The position numbers were made by a program, and so were the translations under genes. From positions 95,669-159,668 of the forward strand of contig CAVPIE010000015.1 of NCBI GenBank assembly GCA_963704865.1: 64,000 nucleotides of DNA. The letters are read 5' to 3'. The stretch is from an uncultured delta proteobacterium. GTDB lineage: Bacteria > Myxococcota_A > Polyangia > Polyangiales > Houyiibacteriaceae. Under the pieces are notes generated by a model. That model was not told the origin of the DNA. It searched no databases and saw nothing but the letters and a program-made list of their open reading frames with translations. Shown piece by piece: positions 8,318-17,689 of this stretch (positions within the stretch are counted from its first letter, which is position 1; each line of letters begins with the position of its first letter).

Positions 8318-8433
8318 ATTCCCGCCTGTTTGCGCTTCGGCCCCGCTCAAACTAGAACACGTTTCAGTTTCGGCCTGCCCGGCCGGGCTAGGCGTCCGAA
8401 GCCTCGCGCTCGGAACCGCCGAAAGGAACCTCC

Positions 8434-9645
8434 ATGACGGATTGCTTCATCTACGATGCGGTACGCACCCCTCGCGGCAAAGGTCGAAAAAAGGATGGCG
8501 CGCTCGCTGATGCGCCGCCTTTGCGCATGGCCGAGACCGTCCTCCGGGCACTGCCGGAGCGATCGGACTTCGACGGCAAGGAGATCGAAGACGTGATTCT
8601 CGGCTGCGTCGAGCCCGTCGGGGAGCAGGGCGCCAACGTCGGTCGAATGGCCGCCCTGATCTCGGGATACGGCGACAGCGTTCCAGGCGTTCAGCTCAAT
8701 CGATTTTGTTCCTCGGGCCTCGAAGCGGTGAACATCGCGGCGGCCAAGGTGAAAGCCGGCGATGTCGATCTCATCGTGGGTGGCGGGATGGAGAGCATGA
8801 GCCGAATTTCAATGGGGGCTGCGGGAGGCGCTTGGTCGACCGACCCTGAGCTCGCCTGGGGGACATCGTTCGTGCCTCAGGGGATTGGCGCCGACCTGAT
8901 CGCGACCAAGCATGGGTACAGCCGTCGCGAAGTCGACTCCTTCGCTGTGGAGAGCCAACGCCGCGCGGCAGCCGCGTGGGACGGCGATCACTTCGGCAAG
9001 TCGATCGTTCCGGTGAAGGATTGCATTGGCGTCACCATGCTCGAGCGCGACGAGCACATGCGCCCAGGCACGACCCTGCACGACCTCTCGCATCTCAAAC
9101 CGAGCTTCGAGATGATGGGCCGGAACTTTGGCTTCGATGCGGTCGCGATTCAGAAGCACCCGGACGTCGAGCAGATCGATCACGTCCATCATGCAGGCAA
9201 CTCTTCGGGCATCGTCGACGGCGCCGCGGCGGTCTTGCTCGGCAGCAGGGACGCTGGCAAGCGCCTTGGGCTCGAGCCGCGCGCGAAGATCGTGAAGTCT
9301 GCGACTGTCGGTAGCGAGCCTTGCATCATGCTGACGGGTCCGATGCCCGCCACGAGGAAGGCCCTCGCAAAGGCCGGCATGCAGACGTCCGATATCGACC
9401 TTTGGGAGATCAACGAGGCATTTTCCGCGGTTTGTCTTCTCTTCATGGAGGAGATGGGTATCGACCATTCGGTCACCAACGTGAACGGCGGCGCCATTGC
9501 CTTTGGGCATCCCTTGGGGGCCACCGGCGCAATGCTCCTCGGAACCATGGTCGACGAGCTCGAGCGGCGCGACCTCAACACCGCGCTGATCACCCTGTGT
9601 GTCGGCGCCGGCATGGGCACTTCAACCATCATCGAGCGGGTCTAG
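8434..9645 (+). CDS. fadA: Acetyl-CoA C-acyltransferase (thiolase)
   Basis: NRFCSSGLEA active-site Cys region, NEAFSAV, GHPLGATG and CVGAGMG motifs. Confidence 0.9.
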   Translation: MTDCFIYDAVRTPRGKGRKKDGALADAPPLRMAETVLRALPERSDFDGKEIEDVILGCVEPVGEQGANVGRMAALISGYGDSVPGVQLNRFCSSGLEAVNIAAAKVKAGDVDLIVGGGMESMSRISMGAAGGAWSTDPELAWGTSFVPQGIGADLIATKHGYSRREVDSFAVESQRRAAAAWDGDHFGKSIVPVKDCIGVTMLERDEHMRPGTTLHDLSHLKPSFEMMGRNFGFDAVAIQKHPDVEQIDHVHHAGNSSGIVDGAAAVLLGSRDAGKRLGLEPRAKIVKSATVGSEPCIMLTGPMPATRKALAKAGMQTSDIDLWEINEAFSAVCLLFMEEMGIDHSVTNVNGGAIAFGHPLGATGAMLLGTMVDELERRDLNTALITLCVGAGMGTSTIIERV

Positions 9646-9649
9646 GGCA

Positions 9650-11836
9650 ATGGCGATCATCGACTATCGGGTGGAAGACGGAGCGGCAATCCTCAGCTGG
9701 GACGACAAGGAGCGCCCGATGAACGTGCTCAGCGGCGACGCGCTCGCCGAGCTCAGCGCGGCGATCGAGAAGGCCGTGGCGGACGACGACGTGAAGGGCA
9801 TCATTCTCACGTCCGGCAAGCAGGGCGTCTTCGTCGCCGGCGGTGACCTTCAGCAAATCGAATCGCTGGGCTCTGGGCCCATCGATGCGGCCGACCTCTT
9901 GAAGCGCACGGGCGCGGTTCTCGATCAACTTCGACGGATGGAAACATGCGGCAAGCCCGTGGTCGCTGCGCTCAATGGCGTCACGCTCGGCGGCGGCTAT
10001 GAGATTGCGCTCGCCTGCCATCGCAGGATTCTGGTCGATCAGCGGCACGCACAAGTTGGCTTGCCAGAGGCGGGTCTCGGCCTGATGCCGGGCGCCGGTG
10101 GCACGCAGCGGCTTCCGCGCCTGATCGGTTTGCAGAGCTCACTTGGACTCATCATGCAGGGGAAGCAGCTCGGCCCGGACAAGGCGCTCGAACAGGGCCT
10201 CGTCGACCAGCTCGTCGAACCCGCGGACTTGATCCCCGCTGCTAAGAAATGGATCCAAGAGGACGGCAACGCGACGCAACCTTGGGACCGAAAGCGTTAC
10301 GAGGTGCCTGGCGGCGGCGCCGGCTCGGTGACCTTTGCGCAGACCTTGATGGGCTCGAACGCGATGACCCACGCGGCCACATTCGGCAACATGCCTTCCC
10401 AGAAAGCGATCCTGCAGGCGGTCTATGAAGGCCTCGGCCTTCCCATGGACCGGGCCGGCAAGGTGGAGACGCGACAGTTCATTCGCGTCCTTCAGGACCC
10501 GACGGCCCGCAGCATGCTCCGTACGCTGTTCTTCAGCCTACAGGAGTGTCAAAAGGGCGCGCGCAGACCCAAGGGCGTGCCCGCCTTCGACGTGAAGAAA
10601 GTTGGCATCATCGGCGCAGGCCTCATGGGGCAGGGCATCGCTCACGTTTCCGCGAAGGTGGGGATCGACGTCGTCTTGCTCGATCGGGACCTGGCGAGCG
10701 CCGAGCGTGGCAAGCAGAAGGTCGCCCATACCCTCGGCCGACGACTCGCGAAGGGCCGCACCACGCCCGACCGGATGGAGGGGATTCTCGGTCGAATCCA
10801 TTCAAGCGCCGAGTACCAGGATTTGAAGGGCTGTGATGTCGTCGTCGAGGCCGTCTTCGAGGACCGCGACATCAAGGCCCTGGTGACGAAAGCCTGCGAC
10901 GAGCAGCTCGGCGACGACGCGATTTTTGCGTCCAACACCTCGGGCCTGCCGATCACCGATCTCGCAACGGCGTCCAGCCGCCCAGAGAGTTTCATCGGCC
11001 TGCACTTCTTTTCGCCGGTCGAGAGGATGCAGATGGTCGAGATCGTCGTGGGCAAAGAAACCTCACAGGAAACGCTAGCGAAGGCCTGGGACTACATTCT
11101 CAAAATCAAAAAGGCTGGCATCGTCGTCAACGACAGCCCTGGTTTCTACACGAGCCGCGTCTTCGGCACGTTCATTTCGGAGGGCAATCACCTTCTGGTC
11201 GAAGGTGTGAAGCCCGCCTTGATCGAGAACGCGGCGAAGTCCGCGGGCATGCCCATGCCGCCGCTCGGCATCTCGGACCAGGTCGGGCTCGGCACGATGC
11301 ATAAGGTCGCAAAGCAGGCCAAGAAGGACGCCAGTGCCGCCGGCACGAAGTGGGAGCCGTCTCCGGCGCAGGCGATCGTCGCGTCGCTGATCGAAGACCA
11401 CGATCGATGGGGCGCCCACCCACCCCCGAAAGACGACGGAACGCCCCGCGCGCCGGGCGGTTTCTACGACTACCACGAGTCGGGGAAGCATCTGTGGCCC
11501 AAGCTCAGCACTGCGATGAGCCCCTGGATAGCGCGAAACGACCACCAGCCGAGCACCGAGGTCGTGCGACAGCGCTACTTGTTTACGCAGTGTTTGGAAG
11601 CCGCCCGCTGTCTCGAGCAGGGAGTCATCACCGACGTCCGCGACGGCGACGTCGGAGTCATCATGGCGGTCGGGTTCCCAGCGTTCACCGGTGGGCCGTT
11701 CACGTTCATCGACAACTACGGCGTCCCAGAGTTCGTTCGCGACGCCGACGCGCTCAGCGCCCGATACGGCGCTCGCTTCGAGCCGCCGAAGCTTCTCCGC
11801 GACATGGCCGCCGAGGGCCGGTCGTTCTATTCGTAA
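9650..11836 (+). CDS. fadB: Fatty-acid oxidation multifunctional enzyme (enoyl-CoA hydratase + 3-hydroxyacyl-CoA dehydrogenase)
   Basis: Crotonase N-terminal domain (VAALNGVTLGGGYEIALAC) followed by the NAD-binding motif VGIIGAGLMGQGIA. ATG 9650 lies 5 nt after the thiolase stop. Confidence 0.9.
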   Translation: MAIIDYRVEDGAAILSWDDKERPMNVLSGDALAELSAAIEKAVADDDVKGIILTSGKQGVFVAGGDLQQIESLGSGPIDAADLLKRTGAVLDQLRRMETCGKPVVAALNGVTLGGGYEIALACHRRILVDQRHAQVGLPEAGLGLMPGAGGTQRLPRLIGLQSSLGLIMQGKQLGPDKALEQGLVDQLVEPADLIPAAKKWIQEDGNATQPWDRKRYEVPGGGAGSVTFAQTLMGSNAMTHAATFGNMPSQKAILQAVYEGLGLPMDRAGKVETRQFIRVLQDPTARSMLRTLFFSLQECQKGARRPKGVPAFDVKKVGIIGAGLMGQGIAHVSAKVGIDVVLLDRDLASAERGKQKVAHTLGRRLAKGRTTPDRMEGILGRIHSSAEYQDLKGCDVVVEAVFEDRDIKALVTKACDEQLGDDAIFASNTSGLPITDLATASSRPESFIGLHFFSPVERMQMVEIVVGKETSQETLAKAWDYILKIKKAGIVVNDSPGFYTSRVFGTFISEGNHLLVEGVKPALIENAAKSAGMPMPPLGISDQVGLGTMHKVAKQAKKDASAAGTKWEPSPAQAIVASLIEDHDRWGAHPPPKDDGTPRAPGGFYDYHESGKHLWPKLSTAMSPWIARNDHQPSTEVVRQRYLFTQCLEAARCLEQGVITDVRDGDVGVIMAVGFPAFTGGPFTFIDNYGVPEFVRDADALSARYGARFEPPKLLRDMAAEGRSFYS

Positions 11837-11851
11837 TGCCTGCGTCGGTCT

Positions 11852-13669
11852 CTAGCGATAGCCCGCCGCCTGGAGCGTGAACAGGTGGGCGTATTTGCCG
11901 TCTTGCTTCATCAAGGATTCATGCGTACCTCGCTCGGTCACTTGGCCGCGTTCGAGCACCACGATTTCGTCGGCGATGCGGACCGTCGAGAATCGATGCG
12001 AGATCAGAATCACCATCTTGTCTTTGGCGAGGCGACCGAAGCGTTCGAAAACGGTGGCCTCCGCTTCCGCATCCATCGAGGCCGTCGGTTCGTCGAGGAC
12101 CAGAATGTCCGCCTCGGCGCGCATGAACGCCCGTGAGAGCGCGATCTTTTGCCACTGGCCGAGCGAGAGCTCGTGCCCGTCTTCGAACCAACGACCGAGC
12201 TGTGTCTCGTAACCCGATGGGAGACGCTCGATGAACTCGTGGGCCATGCCCTTTTCGGCGGCGGTCTGCCATCGCTCCGGGTCGCTGAAGCCTTTCGCGT
12301 CCCCAACGCCGACGTTCTCGCCTGCAATGAGTTGATAGCGGACGAAGTCCTGAAAGATCACGCCGATGCGCTTTCGAAGGACATCGAGACTCCAGGCGTT
12401 GAGCTCGAGCCCATCGAGGGTAATTCGACCTTCGGTCGGCTGGTAAAGCCGGGTGAGCAACTTGATCAGGGTGGTTTTCCCAGCCCCGTTCTCGCCGACC
12501 AAGGCAAGCTTGCGCCCGGGGTTCAGGTGCAAGTTCACGTCGCGCAGCGCCGGCGTTTCAATGCCGGGGTAGGTGAAGCTCACGTTCTCGAACCGAATGC
12601 CGTCCCCGGGCTTGGGGCCTTCGGTAGCGGAGCCGCTTTCGTCCGGCGACTCGTACTCGAGGTACTCGTAGAGGTTCGAGAGGTAGAGGCTGTCTTCGTA
12701 CATCCCGCCGATGGACGTGAGGATCGACGCCAACGCGGATTGCCCCTGCTTGAACACCAGGAGATACATGGTCATGTCACCGAGCGTGATGCGTTTGGCG
12801 ATCGTCTCGATGGCGATCCAGGCGTACGCGCCGTAAAAGGCCACCGTGCTCAGCAGACCGAGCACGAAGCTCCAAGCGCCGCGACGCAGGGTGAGCGCGC
12901 GGTCCTCGACATAGAGCACACGAAAGATTTCGCGGTACCGATCGAGAAAGACGGGGCCGAGGTCGAAGAGCTTGACTTCCTTGGCAAAGTCTTCGCGGGC
13001 GAGCAGCATCTCGAGGTAGTTCTGTTTTCGCGTTTCCGGAGCGCGCCAGGTGAAGAGCCGAAATGCGTCTGCCGAAAACCGAGTCTCGACGAAGAACGAA
13101 GGAATGGCTGCAACCACCAGGACCGCCAGCGCCCAGACGGAGAGCTGCAACAGAAGGCCACCGTATGCGATCAACGAGAACGAATGCTGGGCCAGCTGGA
13201 AGCTTCGCATCACCAAGCTGAGCGGCCGCTGGGATGCTTCGCGTCGAGCGCGCGTCATTCGATCGTAAAGCTCCGAGTCTTCAAAGGCGGCCAGGTCGAG
13301 GGTGAGCGCCTTTTCGAGAATCATCTCGTTGACCCGTTGGCCGAGCAGTGCACGCAGGAGCTGGTTGCAGGTGCTCAGCCCTTTTTGCGCGCCTGCCATG
13401 ACGGCCACCAGCCCGAGCTCCAACAAGACCCAAATCAACGCGGCCTGCTGGTCTTCGGTGGCGCCCGTTTCGGCGGCGCGGACCACAGCATCGACAATGA
13501 GCTTCCCCACCCAAGCGGCCGCTGCAGGGATCACACCGGCGACCAAGCTCAACAGCCCGAGCGCGAAGCTCAAGCCGTGACTGGTCGTCCACACTAGACC
13601 AAACCCCTGCCTCAGCTGGCGAAACACGCCGAGAAGCTGCGGCCGATCGAGCCGGGGTCGTGCATCCAT
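11852..13669 (-). CDS. ABC exporter, fused permease/ATP-binding protein (MsbA-like)
   Basis: N-terminal six-TM region. Walker A GENGAGKTT, signature LSLGQWQ, Walker B ILVLDEPT. Confidence 0.9.
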   Translation of the reverse strand: MDARPRLDRPQLLGVFRQLRQGFGLVWTTSHGLSFALGLLSLVAGVIPAAAAWVGKLIVDAVVRAAETGATEDQQAALIWVLLELGLVAVMAGAQKGLSTCNQLLRALLGQRVNEMILEKALTLDLAAFEDSELYDRMTRARREASQRPLSLVMRSFQLAQHSFSLIAYGGLLLQLSVWALAVLVVAAIPSFFVETRFSADAFRLFTWRAPETRKQNYLEMLLAREDFAKEVKLFDLGPVFLDRYREIFRVLYVEDRALTLRRGAWSFVLGLLSTVAFYGAYAWIAIETIAKRITLGDMTMYLLVFKQGQSALASILTSIGGMYEDSLYLSNLYEYLEYESPDESGSATEGPKPGDGIRFENVSFTYPGIETPALRDVNLHLNPGRKLALVGENGAGKTTLIKLLTRLYQPTEGRITLDGLELNAWSLDVLRKRIGVIFQDFVRYQLIAGENVGVGDAKGFSDPERWQTAAEKGMAHEFIERLPSGYETQLGRWFEDGHELSLGQWQKIALSRAFMRAEADILVLDEPTASMDAEAEATVFERFGRLAKDKMVILISHRFSTVRIADEIVVLERGQVTERGTHESLMKQDGKYAHLFTLQAAGYR

Positions 13670-13752
13670 CGGCCGAGTCTAGGGCGCCCGTCGCTTCGCG
13701 CCATAGCCCGCCCGCAAGCACCGTGGTACCACTCCGCAGGCGCGTTTGGTTC

Positions 13753-14301
13753 ATGACGGAGCGAGACAAAGGTCCCCGCATACGAAAGGTTCCCGCTGGG
13801 GATAACCGCCCGCGACTGGTTTGCCCAGACTGCGAGTACGTTGCCTACGAGAATCCCAAGGTCGTCGTCGGCGTGGTCGCGACCTGGGAAGACAAGTTGC
13901 TGATGTGCAAGCGCGCGATCGAGCCGCGCTGCGGTTTCTGGACCTTGCCCGCGGGTTTCATGGAGCTCGGCGAGACCCCGGAAGAAGGCGCATCGCGCGA
14001 GGCTTGGGAAGAAGCTTGTGCAAGGCTCGAGATCATCGACCTTCTCGCGGTGTACAGCCTACGCCACATCAGCCAGCTTCAACTCTTCTATCGTGCCCGC
14101 TTGATATCGCCGGATGTTTCGGTCGGGATCGAGAGCGAAGAGGTAGGGCTCTTCCGCTTCGACGACTTGCCGGCCACCGAACTGGCCTTTCCATCGGTCC
14201 ACTGGGCGATCGATCATTTTCAACGGGTGCGAGGCGCCGAGTCGTTCGTGCCGTTTCGGAATCCGCCGGGGCACAGCGCTGAGATGAAGCGTGGCCGCTG
14301 A
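13753..14301 (+). CDS. NUDIX hydrolase with N-terminal zinc-ribbon
   Basis: CPDCEYVAYENP zinc ribbon, then the Nudix box GFMELGETPEEGASREAWEEA. Confidence 0.85.
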   Translation: MTERDKGPRIRKVPAGDNRPRLVCPDCEYVAYENPKVVVGVVATWEDKLLMCKRAIEPRCGFWTLPAGFMELGETPEEGASREAWEEACARLEIIDLLAVYSLRHISQLQLFYRARLISPDVSVGIESEEVGLFRFDDLPATELAFPSVHWAIDHFQRVRGAESFVPFRNPPGHSAEMKRGR

Positions 14302-14406
14302 CACACGGCCGCGTCGCAGCTGACACGGCGAGCGGGCGCCAGCGGCCGAAAAGCCCAGGAAATTCGGTTGGCATGGAGCGTGCTCTGTCCGTCGGCAGGA
14401 GGTCCC

Positions 14407-15018
14407 ATGAACATTGCGCCCAAAATCACCATTCCCATCCTCGTCGCCCTGCTGGCCACCCCGGCTTGCACCCGAGCAAAGCCGCAGAAGTCCGAGGCGA
14501 TCGATCGAGACAAACCAACCCAAACCATGCTGACTTCGACCGTGCCGGCCGTGGTGCCAGAGCCCATCGAAGAGAAGAAGCCCGAACCGCCTGGTACCGA
14601 CTTCGCCGAAGCGCCACCGTCCGAAGCGAAGCCGATCGAGATATCGCCGTCTTTCGAGCCCGAGCTCGAGAGCCTCGACGGACTCACGATCCAGCGCCTG
14701 GTCACGGCGCCCGAGGTGGAGCGTCGCGAGCCGCTTGGCTCGTCCTCGGTTTTCGGACCGCACGACGAGAGGGTGTACGCGTTCGTAGAGGTCCGTAACG
14801 AGTCCGAAGAGGACAAAACCTTGCTGGTTCATTTCATCGGCCCGGAGGGGCAGGTGAGCGGAGGCATCGAGCTTCGGATTCCAGCTTCGACCCCGCGCTG
14901 GAGGACCTGGGCCTACACTCGGAACGCGACGAAGCCGGGAATCTGGCGAGTCGAGATCCGAAGCGACGACGGAACGCTGATCGGTGCGCTGCCGTTCGAG
15001 GTCGAGAACGGTTGCTGA
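14407..15018 (+). CDS. Lipoprotein with C-terminal DUF2914-like domain
   Basis: Signal plus lipobox LVALLATPAC. Pro/Glu-rich linker. The C-terminal region (LLVHFIGPEG..RWRTWAY..GIWRVEIRSDDGTLIG) resembles DUF2914. Confidence 0.5.
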   Translation: MNIAPKITIPILVALLATPACTRAKPQKSEAIDRDKPTQTMLTSTVPAVVPEPIEEKKPEPPGTDFAEAPPSEAKPIEISPSFEPELESLDGLTIQRLVTAPEVERREPLGSSSVFGPHDERVYAFVEVRNESEEDKTLLVHFIGPEGQVSGGIELRIPASTPRWRTWAYTRNATKPGIWRVEIRSDDGTLIGALPFEVENGC

Positions 15019-15035
15019 GGCCGAAATGAGGCATC

Positions 15036-16322
15036 GTGTTTGCGATCCGGTATGCTGAAGGGGTGGACAAATCCTCCGTAGTGTCCCGGATCGCGCACGA
15101 ATCCTGCGCGCGCGCACCGTCGCTACTCGCCAAGGGGCATTGGTGGGAGGAGCTCGACCGCGATTTTGCGCGCCGCCCTGAAGGCTTCGATCTCGCATTT
15201 GCGGACCGGCTGCGCGTCGGCGCCGCTGCGGGTTTCGATACCGTGTTCCGCACCGCCGGCGCTTCGATGATCTCGAGCATGGCGCTCCCGCTGGGCTACA
15301 ACCCGATCCAGCTTCGAAAAGCGATCCGCGATTCCGAGCTTTACGCGGACATCGCCAAATCGGCTGACCCGAGGCGCTTCTTTGCGACCCCGCCTTCAGG
15401 TGTCCGGGTCCGCGCCAAGAAGGGGCGCTGGCTGCCCCGGTTCGAGCCGAAAGACGGGACCTGCGAGGCACTGAGCTTCGACAGCCCGTTCCAACCCGTC
15501 AATCCTCATCAGCACAAGCCGTACCTGCGTCACCGCGCCAATCGTGTCGCGCACGCGCGACTGCTTCGCCATCGAGGGGACGAGCCGCGCCCGACGATCA
15601 TCGCGATTCACGGCTTCACCGCCGATTGGTATCTGATCAACGAATGGTTTTTCGCACTGCCCTGGTTCTATCGGATGGGTTGCAACATCGTTTTGTTCAC
15701 CTTGCCTTTCCACGGTCCGAGGCAAACACGGTTTTCACCATTCTCGGGGCACGGCTACTTCGCCGGCGGTCCGTCTCGGCTCAACGAGGCGGTGGCGCAG
15801 TCGGTGTTCGACTTCCGGATTCTCTTCGACTGGTTGCAACGCGAGCGCGGTGCGGAACAGATTGGCGTGACCGGGTTGAGCCTCGGAGGTTTCACGACCG
15901 CCATGCTCGCAAGCGTCGAAGACCGACTGTCGTTTGCGATTCCCAACGTGCCGGTGGTGAGCTTGGCCGACCTCGTGCTCGAATGGCAGCCGATTGGCGT
16001 GCTGCTGCGCGGGGCGCTCGCCACCCTAGGGATGGAGCTCTCGGAGGCGAGAAGGCTCGTCGCCGCGAGCTGTCCGCTCAGTTATCCACCGGTGCTCCCG
16101 ACCGAACGCCTCATGATCGTTGCCGGAGTCGGGGATCGGCTCGCCCCACCAAAGCATTCTCGAATCCTCTGGGATCACTGGGGCCGATGCCGCATCCATT
16201 GGTTTCCCGGCAGTCACATTATCCACATGGACCGCGGGGCGTATCTCACGGAAATGGCGCGCTTCATGGTCGGACGGGGCTTTCTTCCGCAGAGCGAGCT
16301 GCCGACGGCGGATAAGCGGTAG
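15036..16322 (+). CDS. Alpha/beta-fold hydrolase
   Basis: IIAIHGF oxyanion region and nucleophile elbow GLSLGG. GTG start, so the N-terminus is uncertain. Confidence 0.6.
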   Translation: MFAIRYAEGVDKSSVVSRIAHESCARAPSLLAKGHWWEELDRDFARRPEGFDLAFADRLRVGAAAGFDTVFRTAGASMISSMALPLGYNPIQLRKAIRDSELYADIAKSADPRRFFATPPSGVRVRAKKGRWLPRFEPKDGTCEALSFDSPFQPVNPHQHKPYLRHRANRVAHARLLRHRGDEPRPTIIAIHGFTADWYLINEWFFALPWFYRMGCNIVLFTLPFHGPRQTRFSPFSGHGYFAGGPSRLNEAVAQSVFDFRILFDWLQRERGAEQIGVTGLSLGGFTTAMLASVEDRLSFAIPNVPVVSLADLVLEWQPIGVLLRGALATLGMELSEARRLVAASCPLSYPPVLPTERLMIVAGVGDRLAPPKHSRILWDHWGRCRIHWFPGSHIIHMDRGAYLTEMARFMVGRGFLPQSELPTADKR

Positions 16323-16376
16323 ATTTTTCGGCCGCGCTGAGTACCCTCCGCGAAACTTCGCCGAACGAGGATCTCC

Positions 16377-16889
16377 ATGGAACGCGTCATCCCGCTGTCT
16401 CGCCGCAAAGGCGACATCGTTGTTTTGGTCTACTTCTGGATCAACATCCTACTCATCACCTACATCGTCGACGTCGAGCAGAACGTCCTACCCGACATCA
16501 GCGGCGACTGGGAGTATCCCCTGTGGCCGCCAGCGTTCTTTGTGGACATCATCCATTGGTACGGCAGGAACTTCGATCCCGTTCTCATTGCCCGTCCCGT
16601 CTGGTGGCGCATGACCATTTGGATCGACTCGATCTTCTTTGGGCCCTTCTACGTTTTTGCGATCTATGCTTGGACCAAGGGCAAGAACTGGATTCGCATC
16701 CCAAGCATCATCTGGGCCTCGGTCATGATGACCAACGTCACGATCATTCTCGGCGAAGAGTTCATGGGGTCGCACCCGACGCCCGCTCCGCTTCTCGTGC
16801 TCGCGCTAAACGCGCCCTGGCTCCTCGTGCCGATGTACGTGATCAAACGCATGTACAACACCGAGACGCCTTTCACTGAGACCGTCTGA
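16377..16889 (+). CDS. EXPERA-domain membrane protein, homologue of eukaryotic TMEM97/sigma-2 receptor (EBP sterol-isomerase superfamily)
   Basis: 170 aa with 4 predicted TM segments. By eye it is collinear with human TMEM97: FWINILLITYIVDVEQNVLP, WYGRNFDPVL, and PVWWRMTIWIDSIFFGPFYVFAIYAWTKGKNWIRIPSIIWASVMMTN against [48 protein letters not shown]. Confidence 0.65.
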   Translation: MERVIPLSRRKGDIVVLVYFWINILLITYIVDVEQNVLPDISGDWEYPLWPPAFFVDIIHWYGRNFDPVLIARPVWWRMTIWIDSIFFGPFYVFAIYAWTKGKNWIRIPSIIWASVMMTNVTIILGEEFMGSHPTPAPLLVLALNAPWLLVPMYVIKRMYNTETPFTETV

Positions 16890-17687
16890 ATGACCGGCTT
16901 CATCGAGCGTTACGGGCCCTGGGCGGTCGTTGCTGGCGCCTCCGAAGGGATCGGCGCGTCGTTTTCGAGGAAGCTCGCCGCGCGCGGCTTGAACCTGGTC
17001 CTGCTGGCCCGCCGGGCGGCGCCACTCGAAACCTTGGCGACCGAGCTACGCGACCAGTACGGTGTCGAGGTCCGGGTGCAGCCGCTCGATCTCGGCTCAG
17101 CCGATGCGGTTTCGAACCTCGGCGCGGCGATCGAAGGGCTGGATGTCGGGCTGCTGATCTACAACGCGGCGTACGCGCCGATCGGCGCGTTCATCGACAT
17201 CGACGTCGAAGAGCACCTCAAGGCCGTCGCGGTCAACGTGCAAGGTCCCCTGCGCTTCTCGCACTACTTCGGACGCCGTTTCGCCAAGCGCGGGAAGGGC
17301 GGCATCATTCTCATGTCCTCGATGAGCGGCTATCAAGGCACGGCCATGGTTGCGAACTACGCGGCCACCAAGGCCTACGACACCGTTCTCGCCGAAGGCC
17401 TCTGGTACGAGCTCCGAGGCCACGGAGTCGATGTATTGGCCTGCATCGCAGGCGCCACCCTGACTCCGAGCTACGAAGCCGCTACGGAAGAGATCCCTAC
17501 CCGAGGACCGGCGCGACCCATGAATCCAGACGACGTCACGGCGCAAGCTCTCCAGGATTTGGGACGTCGCCCGAGCCGGATTTCGGGGCATGGCAATCGC
17601 CTTGCCTATGCACTCCTTCACAGGATCATCGGGCGACGAGCGGCGATCGGTATTTTCAGCAAAGAGACCGTTCGCCTCTACGGCTGA
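16890..17687 (+). CDS. Short-chain dehydrogenase/reductase (HSD17B12/ketoreductase-like)
   Basis: WAVVAGASEGIGASFSRKLAARGLNLVLLARR Rossmann motif and YAATKAY catalytic motif. The ATG follows the EXPERA gene stop directly (TGAATG). Confidence 0.85.
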   Translation: MTGFIERYGPWAVVAGASEGIGASFSRKLAARGLNLVLLARRAAPLETLATELRDQYGVEVRVQPLDLGSADAVSNLGAAIEGLDVGLLIYNAAYAPIGAFIDIDVEEHLKAVAVNVQGPLRFSHYFGRRFAKRGKGGIILMSSMSGYQGTAMVANYAATKAYDTVLAEGLWYELRGHGVDVLACIAGATLTPSYEAATEEIPTRGPARPMNPDDVTAQALQDLGRRPSRISGHGNRLAYALLHRIIGRRAAIGIFSKETVRLYG

Positions 17688-17689
17688 GC

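Noticed and set aside
8355-8385. AT-richer segment CAAACTAGAACACGTTTCAGTTT upstream of the thiolase/FadB operon, as a possible FadR/TetR-type operator.
   Set aside because: Only the outer AAACT/AGTTT pentamers are complementary and the interior does not pair. Not convincing by eye.
14059-15471. Long (470-aa) minus-strand ORF, plus many similar long ORFs elsewhere (for example 19656-21080, 35575-36585, 48091-49407, 61265-62299, 61679-63655, 12149-13597, 44013-44957).
   Set aside because: They are Arg/Pro/Gly/Ala-rich with no recognisable motifs. They lie antisense or out of frame to ORFs with clear family signatures. This is the expected stop-codon-poor artefact of GC-rich DNA.
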